Positions 55,628 through 64,000 of a stretch of DNA of 64,000 nt are shown piece by piece. A model generated the notes under the pieces. It was not told where the DNA came from, made no database searches, and saw only the letters and a list, made by a program, of their open reading frames with translations. The position numbers and the translations under genes were made by a program. The DNA comes from an uncultured Clostridia bacterium (GTDB lineage Bacteria; Bacillota; Dehalobacteriia; UBA4068), in NCBI GenBank assembly GCA_944390945.1, contig CALXRV010000035.1, positions 37,958 to 101,957 on the forward strand, read 5' to 3'. Within the stretch, counting starts at the first letter, position 1, and each line of letters starts with the position of its first letter.

Positions 55628-56350
55628 TCAGATCTCAAAACCGGCCAATTCCCGAATGATAACAGATGCCATCAGTGCTCCCATCGCCGACGGCACAAAA
55701 GAAACGCTGCCTAGCGGTTGCACTTCTCCCGATATCACGGCTTGCGGCAGCGGCTTCTCTTTGCTATAGACAACGCGCAGCCCATGTTCGATTCCATAGC
55801 GCCGCAGTTCACGACGAATGATGCGCGCCAGTGGACAAACGCTGGTCGCGCTGATATCCGCAATCGCCAACAAAGAAGGGTCAATTCGCCTGCCAGCGCC
55901 CATCGCGGATATCACCGGCACCTTGTTGACGACCGCCGCCCGCAGCAATGCTGTTTTGGCTGGGATATCATCGATCGCATCCGCCAGATAATCCGTATGC
56001 ACGAGGAATTCAACCGCGTTTTTCGCATCAATACGCTGCCGGCAGACTTCGCATCGGCAAAAAGGATTGATATCTGCCAGCCTTGCCGCCGCCACATCTG
56101 CCTTTAGTTGTCCTAAGGTGCTGTGCAGTGCAAAAAGCTGGCGATTGATATTGCTGGTCGTCACCCGATCAAAGTCAACAAGTCGGATGTGCCCAACTCC
56201 AGCGCGCACGACCATCTCTGCCACATAAGACCCCACTCCGCCTAGCCCACAAATCGTGACATGCGCTTTCGCCAGCCGCGCCTGTCCTTCTGCGCCAAGC
56301 AACAAGCTGCTGCGCTGGAATATTGCCTGATAACGGTTATCCTGCATCAT
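55628..56350 (-). CDS. tcdA: tRNA threonylcarbamoyladenosine dehydratase (TcdA/CsdL, ThiF family)
   Basis: RFQRSSLLLG-type N-terminus, GLGGVGSYVAEMVVRAGVG Rossmann, and DFD.V..SNINRQ. Confidence 0.8.
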   Translation of the reverse strand: MMQDNRYQAIFQRSSLLLGAEGQARLAKAHVTICGLGGVGSYVAEMVVRAGVGHIRLVDFDRVTTSNINRQLFALHSTLGQLKADVAAARLADINPFCRCEVCRQRIDAKNAVEFLVHTDYLADAIDDIPAKTALLRAAVVNKVPVISAMGAGRRIDPSLLAIADISATSVCPLARIIRRELRRYGIEHGLRVVYSKEKPLPQAVISGEVQPLGSVSFVPSAMGALMASVIIRELAGFEI

Positions 56351-57294
56351 GCGTTTTTCGCCCTATCACCGTTCCGCATCATCTCCAGCAATGTGCTGAA
56401 GTAAGCGGGCAATTCACTTTCAAATTCCAAATATTCACCACTGCGGGGATGGTGAAACCCTAAAACCTTCGCATGCAACACCTGGCCTGCCAGTTGGTAG
56501 CGCTGATTTTTGGGGCCGTATACCACGTCACCCACCACCGGATGGCCAAGATGTGCCATATGCACGCGGATCTGATGTGTACGCCCAGTCTCCAGCTTCA
56601 TTTCACAATAAGTGGTGTTGGCCAGAGGCAGCCGTTCCAGAACGCGGTAATGCGTGATGGCATCACGGCCATGGGTTGGTTCTACTGCCATCTTTTTCCG
56701 TTCGCGCGGGTGCCTGCCAATCGGCGCATCGATCAGACCACAATTCTCCCGGATGATGCCATAGACGATGGCATGATATTTTCGTGTGATATCATGCGTT
56801 TTCCATTGGGCAGCCAACGCATTATGCGCAGCATCATTTTTCGCCACGACCAGCAAACCAGAAGTGTCCTTATCGATGCGATGTACGATTCCCGGTCGCA
56901 GTACGCCGTTAATACCGGAAAGATCGCCGCAATGGTGCAGCAATGCATTGACAAGCGTACCCTCGCTATGGCCGGCGGCAGGATGAACGACCATGCCCTG
57001 CGGTTTATTCACAACGATGATATCCGCATCCTCATAGCGGATATCCAGCGCAATATCCTCGGCAAATGCCTCCATCGTCGCGGGCGCTGTCAAATGCAGT
57101 TCGATCCGCTCTCCACCACGCAGGCGAAGATTACTCTTCGCCACCATACCATCGACCAAAACCTGCTCTTCACGAATTAGGGTTTGGATGCGCGAACGTG
57201 ACAACTCTGGCAGCCTTGCGGTCAAAAACACATCCAACCGACATGACTCACCTGCGTCAGCGATGAATTCCATTCTGTTTTCCTGTTCATTCAT
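56347..57294 (-). CDS. rluD: RluA-family 23S rRNA pseudouridine synthase (RluD-like)
   Basis: S4 domain (RLDVFL...SRSRIQTLI), HRIDKDTSGLLVVAKN catalytic motif, GRTHQIRVH. 8-nt overlap with lspA. Confidence 0.85.
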   Translation of the reverse strand: MNEQENRMEFIADAGESCRLDVFLTARLPELSRSRIQTLIREEQVLVDGMVAKSNLRLRGGERIELHLTAPATMEAFAEDIALDIRYEDADIIVVNKPQGMVVHPAAGHSEGTLVNALLHHCGDLSGINGVLRPGIVHRIDKDTSGLLVVAKNDAAHNALAAQWKTHDITRKYHAIVYGIIRENCGLIDAPIGRHPRERKKMAVEPTHGRDAITHYRVLERLPLANTTYCEMKLETGRTHQIRVHMAHLGHPVVGDVVYGPKNQRYQLAGQVLHAKVLGFHHPRSGEYLEFESELPAYFSTLLEMMRNGDRAKNA

Positions 57295-57748
57295 GCTTTT
57301 GATTCTCCAGCAACCGCTTTTCCCGACCGAATAGCAGCATCCAGCAGATGGCGGCCATCGCACAGCATAAACAGCAGTCCGCGATATTGAAAACCGGGAA
57401 AAAACGAAAATCGATAAAATCGACCACCGCACCACGCAGCAAACGATCAATGAAATTTCCCAGCGTACCGCCGCAGAAAACTGCGATTGCCGCGCGCAGC
57501 CGGCGGCAATCATGCGGAATACTGCGCAGCAGGTAAAGAATCACCGCCAAAGTAATGATCGTAACCACGATAAAAAACCACCGTCGGCCCTGCAGGATCG
57601 AAAAGCTTGCTCCATGATTCAACACATATGTGATGTGAAATACATCCTTCACAACCGGGATGCTTTCTCCCGGTGTCATGTTGCTGGCGATCAACAATTT
57701 GGTCACCTGATCCAAAATCAGGCAGGCGACCAGAATCAGGTAGAACAT
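57287..57748 (-). CDS. lspA: Lipoprotein signal peptidase II
   Basis: ILDQVTKLL, NHGASFSIL and NFIDR...VVDFIDF motifs. AAGGAG RBS. Confidence 0.85.
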   Translation of the reverse strand: MFYLILVACLILDQVTKLLIASNMTPGESIPVVKDVFHITYVLNHGASFSILQGRRWFFIVVTIITLAVILYLLRSIPHDCRRLRAAIAVFCGGTLGNFIDRLLRGAVVDFIDFRFFPVFNIADCCLCCAMAAICWMLLFGREKRLLENQKHE

Positions 57749-57758
57749 ACTATACTCC

Positions 57759-58139
57759 TTAAACGATATTCTGTACGCTCTGAATATAGTCAATCAATTC
57801 GGCAATAAAATCTCCAATAATTGGCAGGTTCAGGATCTCCAGACTATTAAGAATCTGCAAAGCAAGAAACGCGATCACCGTAATGCCAAGCGCAATGCCA
57901 AAACCCTTTGCCATACCGCTGATCAGGTTGAGAAAGATTAGACGGGAAAGCTTGTTGCGCAGATACATATAGTTCGCGATCTTCTCATAATAGACGACCA
58001 TCTGTTTGATCGCACGCAGGTCATCATCCTGCAAAGCCAAAGACTCTGCTTCTGTTGCTGCTGTTTTCCCCTCGCGCTCCTCCTCGATAATTTGCGGTCC
58101 GGGCGCAGCTTTACGCCGGATGGTGAATCTTGCGCTCAT
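57759..58139 (-). CDS. DUF5665-like small membrane protein
   Basis: Charged N-terminus followed by FLNLISGMAKGFGIALGITVIAFLALQIL. The family assignment is from memory of the pattern. Confidence 0.5.
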   Translation of the reverse strand: MSARFTIRRKAAPGPQIIEEEREGKTAATEAESLALQDDDLRAIKQMVVYYEKIANYMYLRNKLSRLIFLNLISGMAKGFGIALGITVIAFLALQILNSLEILNLPIIGDFIAELIDYIQSVQNIV

Positions 58140-58267
58140 AGCATCCTTCCTTTCATATGGATCAGGCCGGGATGTTTTTCCTTGAGGTCAGGAAACAGAC
58201 TGAAAAATGGATAACCATTTACTAAATTACAATGCCACCATACTGCCTGCCGCATTCATGCTATTGT

Positions 58268-58300
58268 GGAAAAGGGGCTGTTGCGGTCACAACAGCCCCT
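58268..58300 (-). terminator. Rho-independent terminator downstream of ileS
   Basis: 9-bp stem GGGGCTGTT/AACAGCCCC, followed by TTTT on the minus strand. Confidence 0.75.
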
Positions 58301-58316
58301 TCCAAGCTAACACATA

Positions 58317-61097
58317 TCAGGCAAGCGCTGCCGCACAACGCTCGCACAATTCCGGATGAGCGGCATCCGCACCCACCGTTTCACTATAGACCCAGCAGCG
58401 GCTGCATTTCTGCCCTTTGGCCTGGCTAACACTGACTTGCACACCTTCACCAGAATGCGGTGCAAGCAGGCTAACTTGCGAAACGATGAACAATTTCGGC
58501 AGCAGCGCCGCCAATGGACGCAGAATTGTATCTGCCTCTGCATCCGGTATAATTTCCACTGCGGCATCCAGCGAATGTCCAATCGTCTTGTCCTGCCGCG
58601 CCTTTTCCAAGGCACCGGAGACCACCTCGCGATAAGCGAGTATCTTCTCCCATTTTTCTTCCAGCGCAGGATCAAGCAACGAAGGATCCGACTCGGCCAT
58701 TTCCAGCAGTTGCACCGAAGCCGGACTATCAGCGGGCTTGGGCAAATACTGATACACTTCCTCCATGGTGAAGGAAAGAATCGGCGCCAGCAGGCGGGTC
58801 AGGGCATCCGCAATGCGGTAAAGCACAGTCTGAATACTGCGCCGTGCCGGCGAATCCGGTTTTTCCGTATAAAGTGTATCCTTGCAAACATCAAGATAGA
58901 ACGCGCTCATATCCAGCACGCAGAATTTATATATAGCATGGAACACCACATGGAATTCATATGCCTCATAAGCCGCGCGAACGGTTTCAATCAGCTGTTC
59001 CAGCTTCATCAGTGCCCAACGATCCAGCTCTGGCATATCCGCCGGAGCAACTGCATCCTGAGTAAGGTCAAAATCATAAAGATTTCCCAGCAGATAACGC
59101 ATGGTGTTGCGCAATTTGCGATAGGCCTCTCCCGACTGTTTGAAGATATTCATCGAATTCGAGATATCAGAGCGGTAATCGGTAGAGCTAACCCAAAGAC
59201 GCAACACATCAGCGCCGAACTGCTTGATGATATCCTGCGGGCTGATCGTATTGCCCAAAGATTTGCTCTGTTTTTTCCCCTCTTCATCGACCAGGAAGCC
59301 ATGCGTTAACACCTGTCGATAAGGCGCACAGCCACGGTTGGCAACCGAAATGCACAGCGAACTGTTAAACCAGCCGCGGTGCTGATCGCTTCCTTCCAGA
59401 TAGAGATCCGCAGGCCAGCTAAGATCCGGCCAATGTGCTGGGTTCTCCAGCACGCTGAAATGGGAACTGCCGCTATCAAACCAGACATCCATCGTATCGC
59501 TTTCCTTGCGGAAATGGTGGCCGCCGCATTTCGGGCAGGCATAGCCATCCGGCAGGAGTTCTTCGACCGCGCGCGCAAACCAGGCAGAGCTTCCTTCAGC
59601 CCGAAAGATATCCTGCAAATGACGGATCGTATCATCATTAATGATATATTCACCACAGTCTTCACAATGAAAGATTGGAATCGGCACACCCCAGGTACGC
59701 TGCCGTGAAATGCACCAGTCGCCGCGGTCATGGATCATGTTATAGATACGGTCACGTCCCCAGGAAGGGATGAATTTTACCGTATCAATTGCCGTCAACA
59801 CATCATCGCGAAAACCATCGATCGAAGCAAACCATTGCTCGGTCGCACGGAAAAGAATCGGGGTATGGCAGCGCCAGCAGTGTGGGTATTGATGCGTGAA
59901 CATGGAAAAATGAACCAGCGCGCCGCAGTCCTCTAAAGCCTGGCATACCGCTTTATTGCCCGCATTTGTATCCATGCCGGCAAACGGTCCCGCCTCTTCC
60001 GTAAAGCAGCCCTTATCGTCCAGAGGTGAAAGGATACCCAGCCCATATTTTTTGCCGACAATAAAGTCATCCGCACCATGCCCAGGCGCCGTATGCACGC
60101 AACCAGTACCGGCTTCCAGCGTAACATGCTCACCCAGGATCAGAACAGATTCCCGGTCGAACAGCGGATGCTGGCAGGTGACAAATTCAAGATCACGGCC
60201 GATGAATTCCGCAAGGATCTGATAGGGTTCTTCGCTGAGCTTGGCATCTTTCAGGAAGAAGGGGATCATCTCTTTGGCCACAAGCCACTTTTCTCCCCGA
60301 ATCGCCAACAGTGCATAAGTGAATTCCGGATGCAGACAAATCGCCAGGTTAGATGGGATCGTCCAGGGCGTCGTTGTCCAGATCACAACAAACGCATCTT
60401 CTGGCAATCTGCCCTTGCCGTCTTTCACGCGAAATTTCACATAGATGGATGCAGATTTATGCTCGGCATACTCGATTTCCGCTTCAGCGAGGGCTGTCTC
60501 GCAATGCGGGCACCAATAGACCGGTTTCAACCCCTTATAAACATAACCTTTTTTGGCCATTTCGCCAAATGCGGCAATCTGGATCGCCTCATAATCCGGC
60601 TGTAAGGTCAGATAAGGATGCTCCCAATCGCCAATCACACCAAGTCGACGGAACTGCTCCCGCTGCGTATTGACATAAGTCAGAGCAAACTCCTTACAGC
60701 GGTCGCGAAACTCTGTTTTGCTAACTTTATCTCGGTTCAGCCCCAGCGCCTTAATCGCTTTCTGTTCGATCGGCAGGCCATGCGTATCCCAACCGGGAAC
60801 ATATGGCGCATCAAATCCCGTCATCGATTTATACTTAACGATAATGTCCTTCAGTATCTTATTCAATGCATGTCCGAGGTGGATATCACCATTTGCATAC
60901 GGCGGCCCATCGTGCAGAATAAATTTCGGCTTTCCTGCATTTTTGCGCAGCACCTGGTGATAAATATCCATCTCATTCCACTTGGCAAGGAGCTCAGGCT
61001 CTTTCTGCGGCAGATTCCCCCGCATGGGGAAATCGGTGCGAGGCAGATTCAAGGTCTCGCCATATTCATTCTTCCGGTTATCCTGAAGATCCGACAT
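58317..61097 (-). CDS. ileS: Isoleucine--tRNA ligase
   Basis: PPYANGDIHLGHA (HIGH), KQSKSLGN (KMSKS), the CP1 editing domain and C-terminal zinc-finger Cys pairs. Confidence 0.95.
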   Translation of the reverse strand: MSDLQDNRKNEYGETLNLPRTDFPMRGNLPQKEPELLAKWNEMDIYHQVLRKNAGKPKFILHDGPPYANGDIHLGHALNKILKDIIVKYKSMTGFDAPYVPGWDTHGLPIEQKAIKALGLNRDKVSKTEFRDRCKEFALTYVNTQREQFRRLGVIGDWEHPYLTLQPDYEAIQIAAFGEMAKKGYVYKGLKPVYWCPHCETALAEAEIEYAEHKSASIYVKFRVKDGKGRLPEDAFVVIWTTTPWTIPSNLAICLHPEFTYALLAIRGEKWLVAKEMIPFFLKDAKLSEEPYQILAEFIGRDLEFVTCQHPLFDRESVLILGEHVTLEAGTGCVHTAPGHGADDFIVGKKYGLGILSPLDDKGCFTEEAGPFAGMDTNAGNKAVCQALEDCGALVHFSMFTHQYPHCWRCHTPILFRATEQWFASIDGFRDDVLTAIDTVKFIPSWGRDRIYNMIHDRGDWCISRQRTWGVPIPIFHCEDCGEYIINDDTIRHLQDIFRAEGSSAWFARAVEELLPDGYACPKCGGHHFRKESDTMDVWFDSGSSHFSVLENPAHWPDLSWPADLYLEGSDQHRGWFNSSLCISVANRGCAPYRQVLTHGFLVDEEGKKQSKSLGNTISPQDIIKQFGADVLRLWVSSTDYRSDISNSMNIFKQSGEAYRKLRNTMRYLLGNLYDFDLTQDAVAPADMPELDRWALMKLEQLIETVRAAYEAYEFHVVFHAIYKFCVLDMSAFYLDVCKDTLYTEKPDSPARRSIQTVLYRIADALTRLLAPILSFTMEEVYQYLPKPADSPASVQLLEMAESDPSLLDPALEEKWEKILAYREVVSGALEKARQDKTIGHSLDAAVEIIPDAEADTILRPLAALLPKLFIVSQVSLLAPHSGEGVQVSVSQAKGQKCSRCWVYSETVGADAAHPELCERCAAALA

Positions 61098-61154
61098 AAC
61101 AATATCCTTCCCTTTCCTGCAAATATCATCCTACCATAACAGGTCATGCCACGG

Positions 61155-61192
61155 CCAAAAAGAAAAGCTTTTCGCCAACCAACGAAAAGCTT
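61155..61192 (-). terminator. Rho-independent terminator between yggT and ileS
   Basis: 10-bp stem AAGCTTTTCG/CGAAAAGCTT, then TTCTTTTTGG on the minus strand. Confidence 0.7.
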
Positions 61193-61202
61193 GCTCAGCG
61201 AA

Positions 61203-61463
61203 CTATACCAAGAAAATAATCAGCCGCAGGACCAGCCTTTCCACCAACTGCAGCACAATAAATGCGAGAATCGGCGAAAAATCCAGCGGAAAACTTGGCC
61301 GCGGTGGGATCAATCGCCGGAAAAAGCCAAGAACCGGCTCGGTAATTTCATAAATGAACCGCGTAACCGCATTATCCCCAAAACTTACCCATGACATGAT
61401 CACACGCGCCAGCAACAATACATAATAAACTCGAAACACGATATGAACAACAGAAATCAGCAC
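61203..61463 (-). CDS. yggT: YggT family membrane protein
   Basis: YYVLLLARVIMSW...P.L...R..IPP..G.D.SPI pattern. GTG start with a GAGGAGG RBS. Confidence 0.8.
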   Translation of the reverse strand: MLISVVHIVFRVYYVLLLARVIMSWVSFGDNAVTRFIYEITEPVLGFFRRLIPPRPSFPLDFSPILAFIVLQLVERLVLRLIIFLV

Positions 61464-61493
61464 AGGATCCTCCTCTGATATATGCTACCAGCC

Positions 61494-62039
61494 TCAGTTA
61501 CGCAGCCATTGATTCGAAGAAAACCGTGCATCATCGGAAAAGTCTTCTGCTTCAAAAGCACCGCTCTTTTCCATAATTTGCCCGCTCATATCCACTTTAG
61601 AGGAACTGAAAATAAAGGTGCCGCCGCTTACCTTGCGCGGTACGCCATCCAATGCAAAAGCCGCACCAGAAAGAAAATCCACCATCCGCTGCGCCGTCGC
61701 CTTATCCATTTCCTCGAAGTTCACCACAGCGATTTTCCGCTCTTTAATATGCCGTGCGATTTCCTGCATATCATCATAGGTCTTCGCCTTAAACAGGACA
61801 ATTTCCAAATTATCACTGCTCTTCGATTTGGAGGGGACCGCGATCAGATTCGCCTTCTTCGCCGCCTTCTTATCCTGCCGGCCATGCTCAAAAGACGAGG
61901 TATTGGGCTGTGCTGCCGGCTCCTCGAATTGTAAGGTTTCCTCCGCATATTCCGCTTCATCTTCATTTTTGAAGAAGAAGTCGCTCACCTTATCCAGAAA
62001 ACCGCTCAATCCACTCTCCCCTTCCTCAATATCTGACAA
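61494..62039 (-). CDS. sepF: Cell division protein SepF
   Basis: N-terminal amphipathic LSGFLDKVSDFF. C-terminal SepF domain (EIVLFKAKTYDDMQEIARHIKERKIAVVNFEEMD...RMVDFLSGAAFALDG). Confidence 0.85.
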   Translation of the reverse strand: MSDIEEGESGLSGFLDKVSDFFFKNEDEAEYAEETLQFEEPAAQPNTSSFEHGRQDKKAAKKANLIAVPSKSKSSDNLEIVLFKAKTYDDMQEIARHIKERKIAVVNFEEMDKATAQRMVDFLSGAAFALDGVPRKVSGGTFIFSSSKVDMSGQIMEKSGAFEAEDFSDDARFSSNQWLRN

Positions 62040-62089
62040 AACACCCGACCATCATAAATTCTACCCAGTTTTTGATTTTCCTGCAAGAG

Positions 62090-62773
62090 CTAACTTCTGC
62101 TGCCAAAAATACTGCTGCCGACACGAACGATATTGGCGCCTTCCTCCACAGCTACAGGATAATCATGGCTCATCCCCATCGAAAGCCACTGCATCTCGAT
62201 ATGCGGCAGACCACGTTCCCGCTCCCGTAAAAACAGGGTACGTAGTTCGGCAAAAACCGGGCGAATCTCCTCTGGGTCTGTAACGATCGGTCCAATCGTC
62301 ATCAAACCTGCAATATGCAGATGCGGATAATCCGCCATCGCATCCAGGAAATCAGCCAATTCCGGTACAAACAGGCCGCTTTTACTCTCTTCTTCCGCAA
62401 TATTTACTTGTACCAGGCACTGCGTTACCACTTCCGCTTTTGCGCTGCGTTTTTCAATCTCATCTGCTAGCGCAATGCTATCCAGAGAATGAATCAGCTT
62501 TGTTTTTCCAATGATATATTTCACCTTATTCGTCTGCAAATGCCCAATCAAATGCCAAGCTGCTTCCGGCAGCTCTGCCTGCTTAGGTACAAGTTCCTGC
62601 ACGCGATTTTCTCCAAATTCATGCTGGCCGGCGGCATATGCCGTCTGGATCATCTCCATTGGTTTTGTCTTAGATACCGCCAGCAAGCGTACATGCTCTG
62701 CCGCGTGTATGCTACGCTGTTGTGCCAATCGAATATTTTCCTGAACTTCTCTCAAATTTGCGGCAATATCCAT
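62090..62773 (-). CDS. yggS: YggS/YlmE family pyridoxal-phosphate homeostasis protein
   Basis: LLAVSKTKP (PLP Lys), GENRVQE, HLIGHLQTNK, LSMGMSHDY, VRVGSSIFG. GGAGGG RBS before the ATG at 62773. Confidence 0.85.
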   Translation of the reverse strand: MDIAANLREVQENIRLAQQRSIHAAEHVRLLAVSKTKPMEMIQTAYAAGQHEFGENRVQELVPKQAELPEAAWHLIGHLQTNKVKYIIGKTKLIHSLDSIALADEIEKRSAKAEVVTQCLVQVNIAEEESKSGLFVPELADFLDAMADYPHLHIAGLMTIGPIVTDPEEIRPVFAELRTLFLRERERGLPHIEMQWLSMGMSHDYPVAVEEGANIVRVGSSIFGSRS

Positions 62774-62784
62774 CTTTCCCTCCG

Positions 62785-63765
62785 TCAATAAACGCGTTGC
62801 CCCTCTTTGGCCAACTGCGGGTTCGTTACGACACGGTCGCCGTCCAACAAACCGTCAATCAAAACTTCATGATCTATCGTCTTGATGATCTCAACTTCCG
62901 TATAAACCAAGGAATCTCCACGCACAAGGTAAACCCCCGGCGTCCCCTCTGCATCGATCACAATGGAGGAGGCATCGATCAATAAGCCCGTATAGCTTTC
63001 TCCGACCAAATAACCACTCAACGCGCGTTTTTCCAGCAAATCCTTGAAATCCGAACGGCAGGAAACCAGCAAATAATTGCGACCATCTGCCAGCGCGCCA
63101 GTTTCCAGCACGTCAGCAGTCATCTCTTCGGTTCCCAACTCCGTCTGCAGGCAAAGTTTTACTGTATCATCAACGATGAACTCATCCGCTGCGCTTTCCG
63201 CATAAAGTACCGCACAGACATCGACCAGATTATCAATTACTTTTGCCACGGGCCTGCCAGCTTCCGTGCTGGGTAATGCGGCACTGCTTTCTGCTGAAGC
63301 TGCCACTGAATCAGATTCCCACACCGCCAGCATTTGTGACCAATCCGTATTCATCATCGCGCTAACCGTCAGCATTTCTTCCCAGCCATCCAGCTCAAAA
63401 TAAACCACCCCGCCACGCGGAGAATAAACTGCTTCGCGATATGCCTCCGCACCAGGCTGATCCGCAAGCATATAACCAATCAAAGCACCAACACTAATGC
63501 GCGTTCCAGCGGAAACTACAGGCTCAAAGATCCCGGCACATGGAGCGGAAATCATGAACTCATCCCGTAGGATCAGCGAATCAACCGGCAATTCCACAGT
63601 CTCTGTCACCGTTTTTGCAGTGGTAAAATCCAGCCGCAAATAGCAGATATAACGCCACGCGGCATTGAATAACGTAATCAGCAGACAAAGCAAAATTGCC
63701 GCTGCCAGCAAATCCGCGGCACGGTTGCGTTTACGTCTCTTTTTTTCTGGCATTCTCCGTTCCAT
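62785..63765 (-). CDS. Membrane-anchored protein with a HlyD/biotinyl-lipoyl-like barrel-sandwich motif, unknown function (start uncertain, 63765 or 63753)
   Basis: Basic N-terminus and a TM segment (LLAAAILLCLLITLF), then ISAPCAGIFEPVVSAGTRISVGALIGYM. First gene of the yggS-sepF-yggT run. Confidence 0.45.
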   Translation of the reverse strand: MERRMPEKKRRKRNRAADLLAAAILLCLLITLFNAAWRYICYLRLDFTTAKTVTETVELPVDSLILRDEFMISAPCAGIFEPVVSAGTRISVGALIGYMLADQPGAEAYREAVYSPRGGVVYFELDGWEEMLTVSAMMNTDWSQMLAVWESDSVAASAESSAALPSTEAGRPVAKVIDNLVDVCAVLYAESAADEFIVDDTVKLCLQTELGTEEMTADVLETGALADGRNYLLVSCRSDFKDLLEKRALSGYLVGESYTGLLIDASSIVIDAEGTPGVYLVRGDSLVYTEVEIIKTIDHEVLIDGLLDGDRVVTNPQLAKEGQRVY

Positions 63766-63900
63766 TTTTTTATTATAACAATCCTGTCTACAAACAGCAA
63801 GTCGCAACTTTAGAAAAAAGGGCGTTGACAGAGGAAATAAAATCCGCCGCTAGCTGGTTTTGCTTATGGCAACCAAATTTTCCTTATCGTTGGAGAAAGG

Positions 63901-63936
63901 CAAAAAACAGCAGGACCGCGCCAAGCGGTCCTGCTG
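63901..63936 (-). terminator. Rho-independent terminator of an upstream minus-strand gene that runs off the window
   Basis: 12-bp stem CAGCAGGACCGC/GCGGTCCTGCTG, followed by TTTTTTG on the minus strand. Confidence 0.8.
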
Positions 63937-64000
63937 CGGGGAACAATCCATTAAACAACAGACGGTTCGATCAAAATATCGCCGGTGCGATAACGATCCG

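Noticed and set aside
61098-61202. Expected T-box leader upstream of ileS (and similarly upstream of alaS at 50736-50817)
   Set aside because: Only about 105 nt (ileS) and about 80 nt (alaS) are available. No T-box sequence (AGGGTGGNACCGCG-like) or specifier-loop architecture is visible. The one strong hairpin here is best explained as the yggT terminator. The absence is noted, but no regulatory RNA is called.
63745-63780. Possible leaderless mRNA for the 62785..63765 gene (TGTTATAAT-like element about 7 nt upstream of an ATG with no SD)
   Set aside because: The case rests on a single -10-like hexamer. An alternative ATG 12 nt downstream exists, and there is no way to decide from sequence alone.
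1-64000. Search for CRISPR arrays, IS elements, transposases, integrases, prophage genes, toxin-antitoxin pairs or known defence systems
   Set aside because: No repeat-spacer periodicity, terminal inverted repeats with a transposase, recombinase motifs or defence-type domain combinations were seen on either strand.
63951-64000. 3' end of a minus-strand gene running off the right edge (...DRYRTGDILIEPSVV* or ...RIVIAPAIF*)
   Set aside because: Only about 16 codons are visible and two frames are possible. The downstream terminator shows a gene ends here, but no product can be assigned.

Overview
The gene content and order look like chromosomal DNA from a spore-forming Firmicute, probably a Clostridia-class anaerobe. 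Evidence includes spoVK, the minC-mutS-mutL-miaA-hfq run, the alaS-ireB-ruvX-DUF1292-mltG-U32 block, yggS-sepF-yggT-ileS, and Cheo-type LexA boxes. About 60 genes are supported. From about 24 kb to the end, almost everything is a minus-strand housekeeping backbone covering DNA repair, Sec translocon, aminoacyl-tRNA synthetases, cell division and many tRNA-modification enzymes. I found no CRISPR array, transposase, integrase or recognisable defence system. The non-routine content sits in a few places. (1) A tightly packed plus-strand cluster at 9.1-17.8 kb has a P-loop NTPase, a four-subunit 2-oxoacid:ferredoxin oxidoreductase, IlvE, a LeuA paralogue that has lost its metal and catalytic motifs, and an 840-aa TIM-barrel::acyl-CoA-ligase fusion. 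A strongly expressed-looking small membrane-protein gene precedes it, and an E2/CAT-fold protein lacking the catalytic His follows it. (2) A GntR / pyrroline-2-carboxylate-reductase-like / Cys-Thr proline-racemase-like module (predicted trans-3-hydroxyproline utilisation) is inserted head-on into the conserved alaS...mltG block. (3) A TtcA-like tRNA thiolase overlaps a DUF523/TudS-like desulfidase. (4) A YneA-like LysM protein lies divergent from lexA, with four or five SOS boxes between them. (5) miaA reads 116 nt into hfq. Functional calls come from reading motifs in the supplied translations, not from database searches. CDS coordinates follow the ORF-track frames. Coordinates of small motifs may be off by 1-2 nt.
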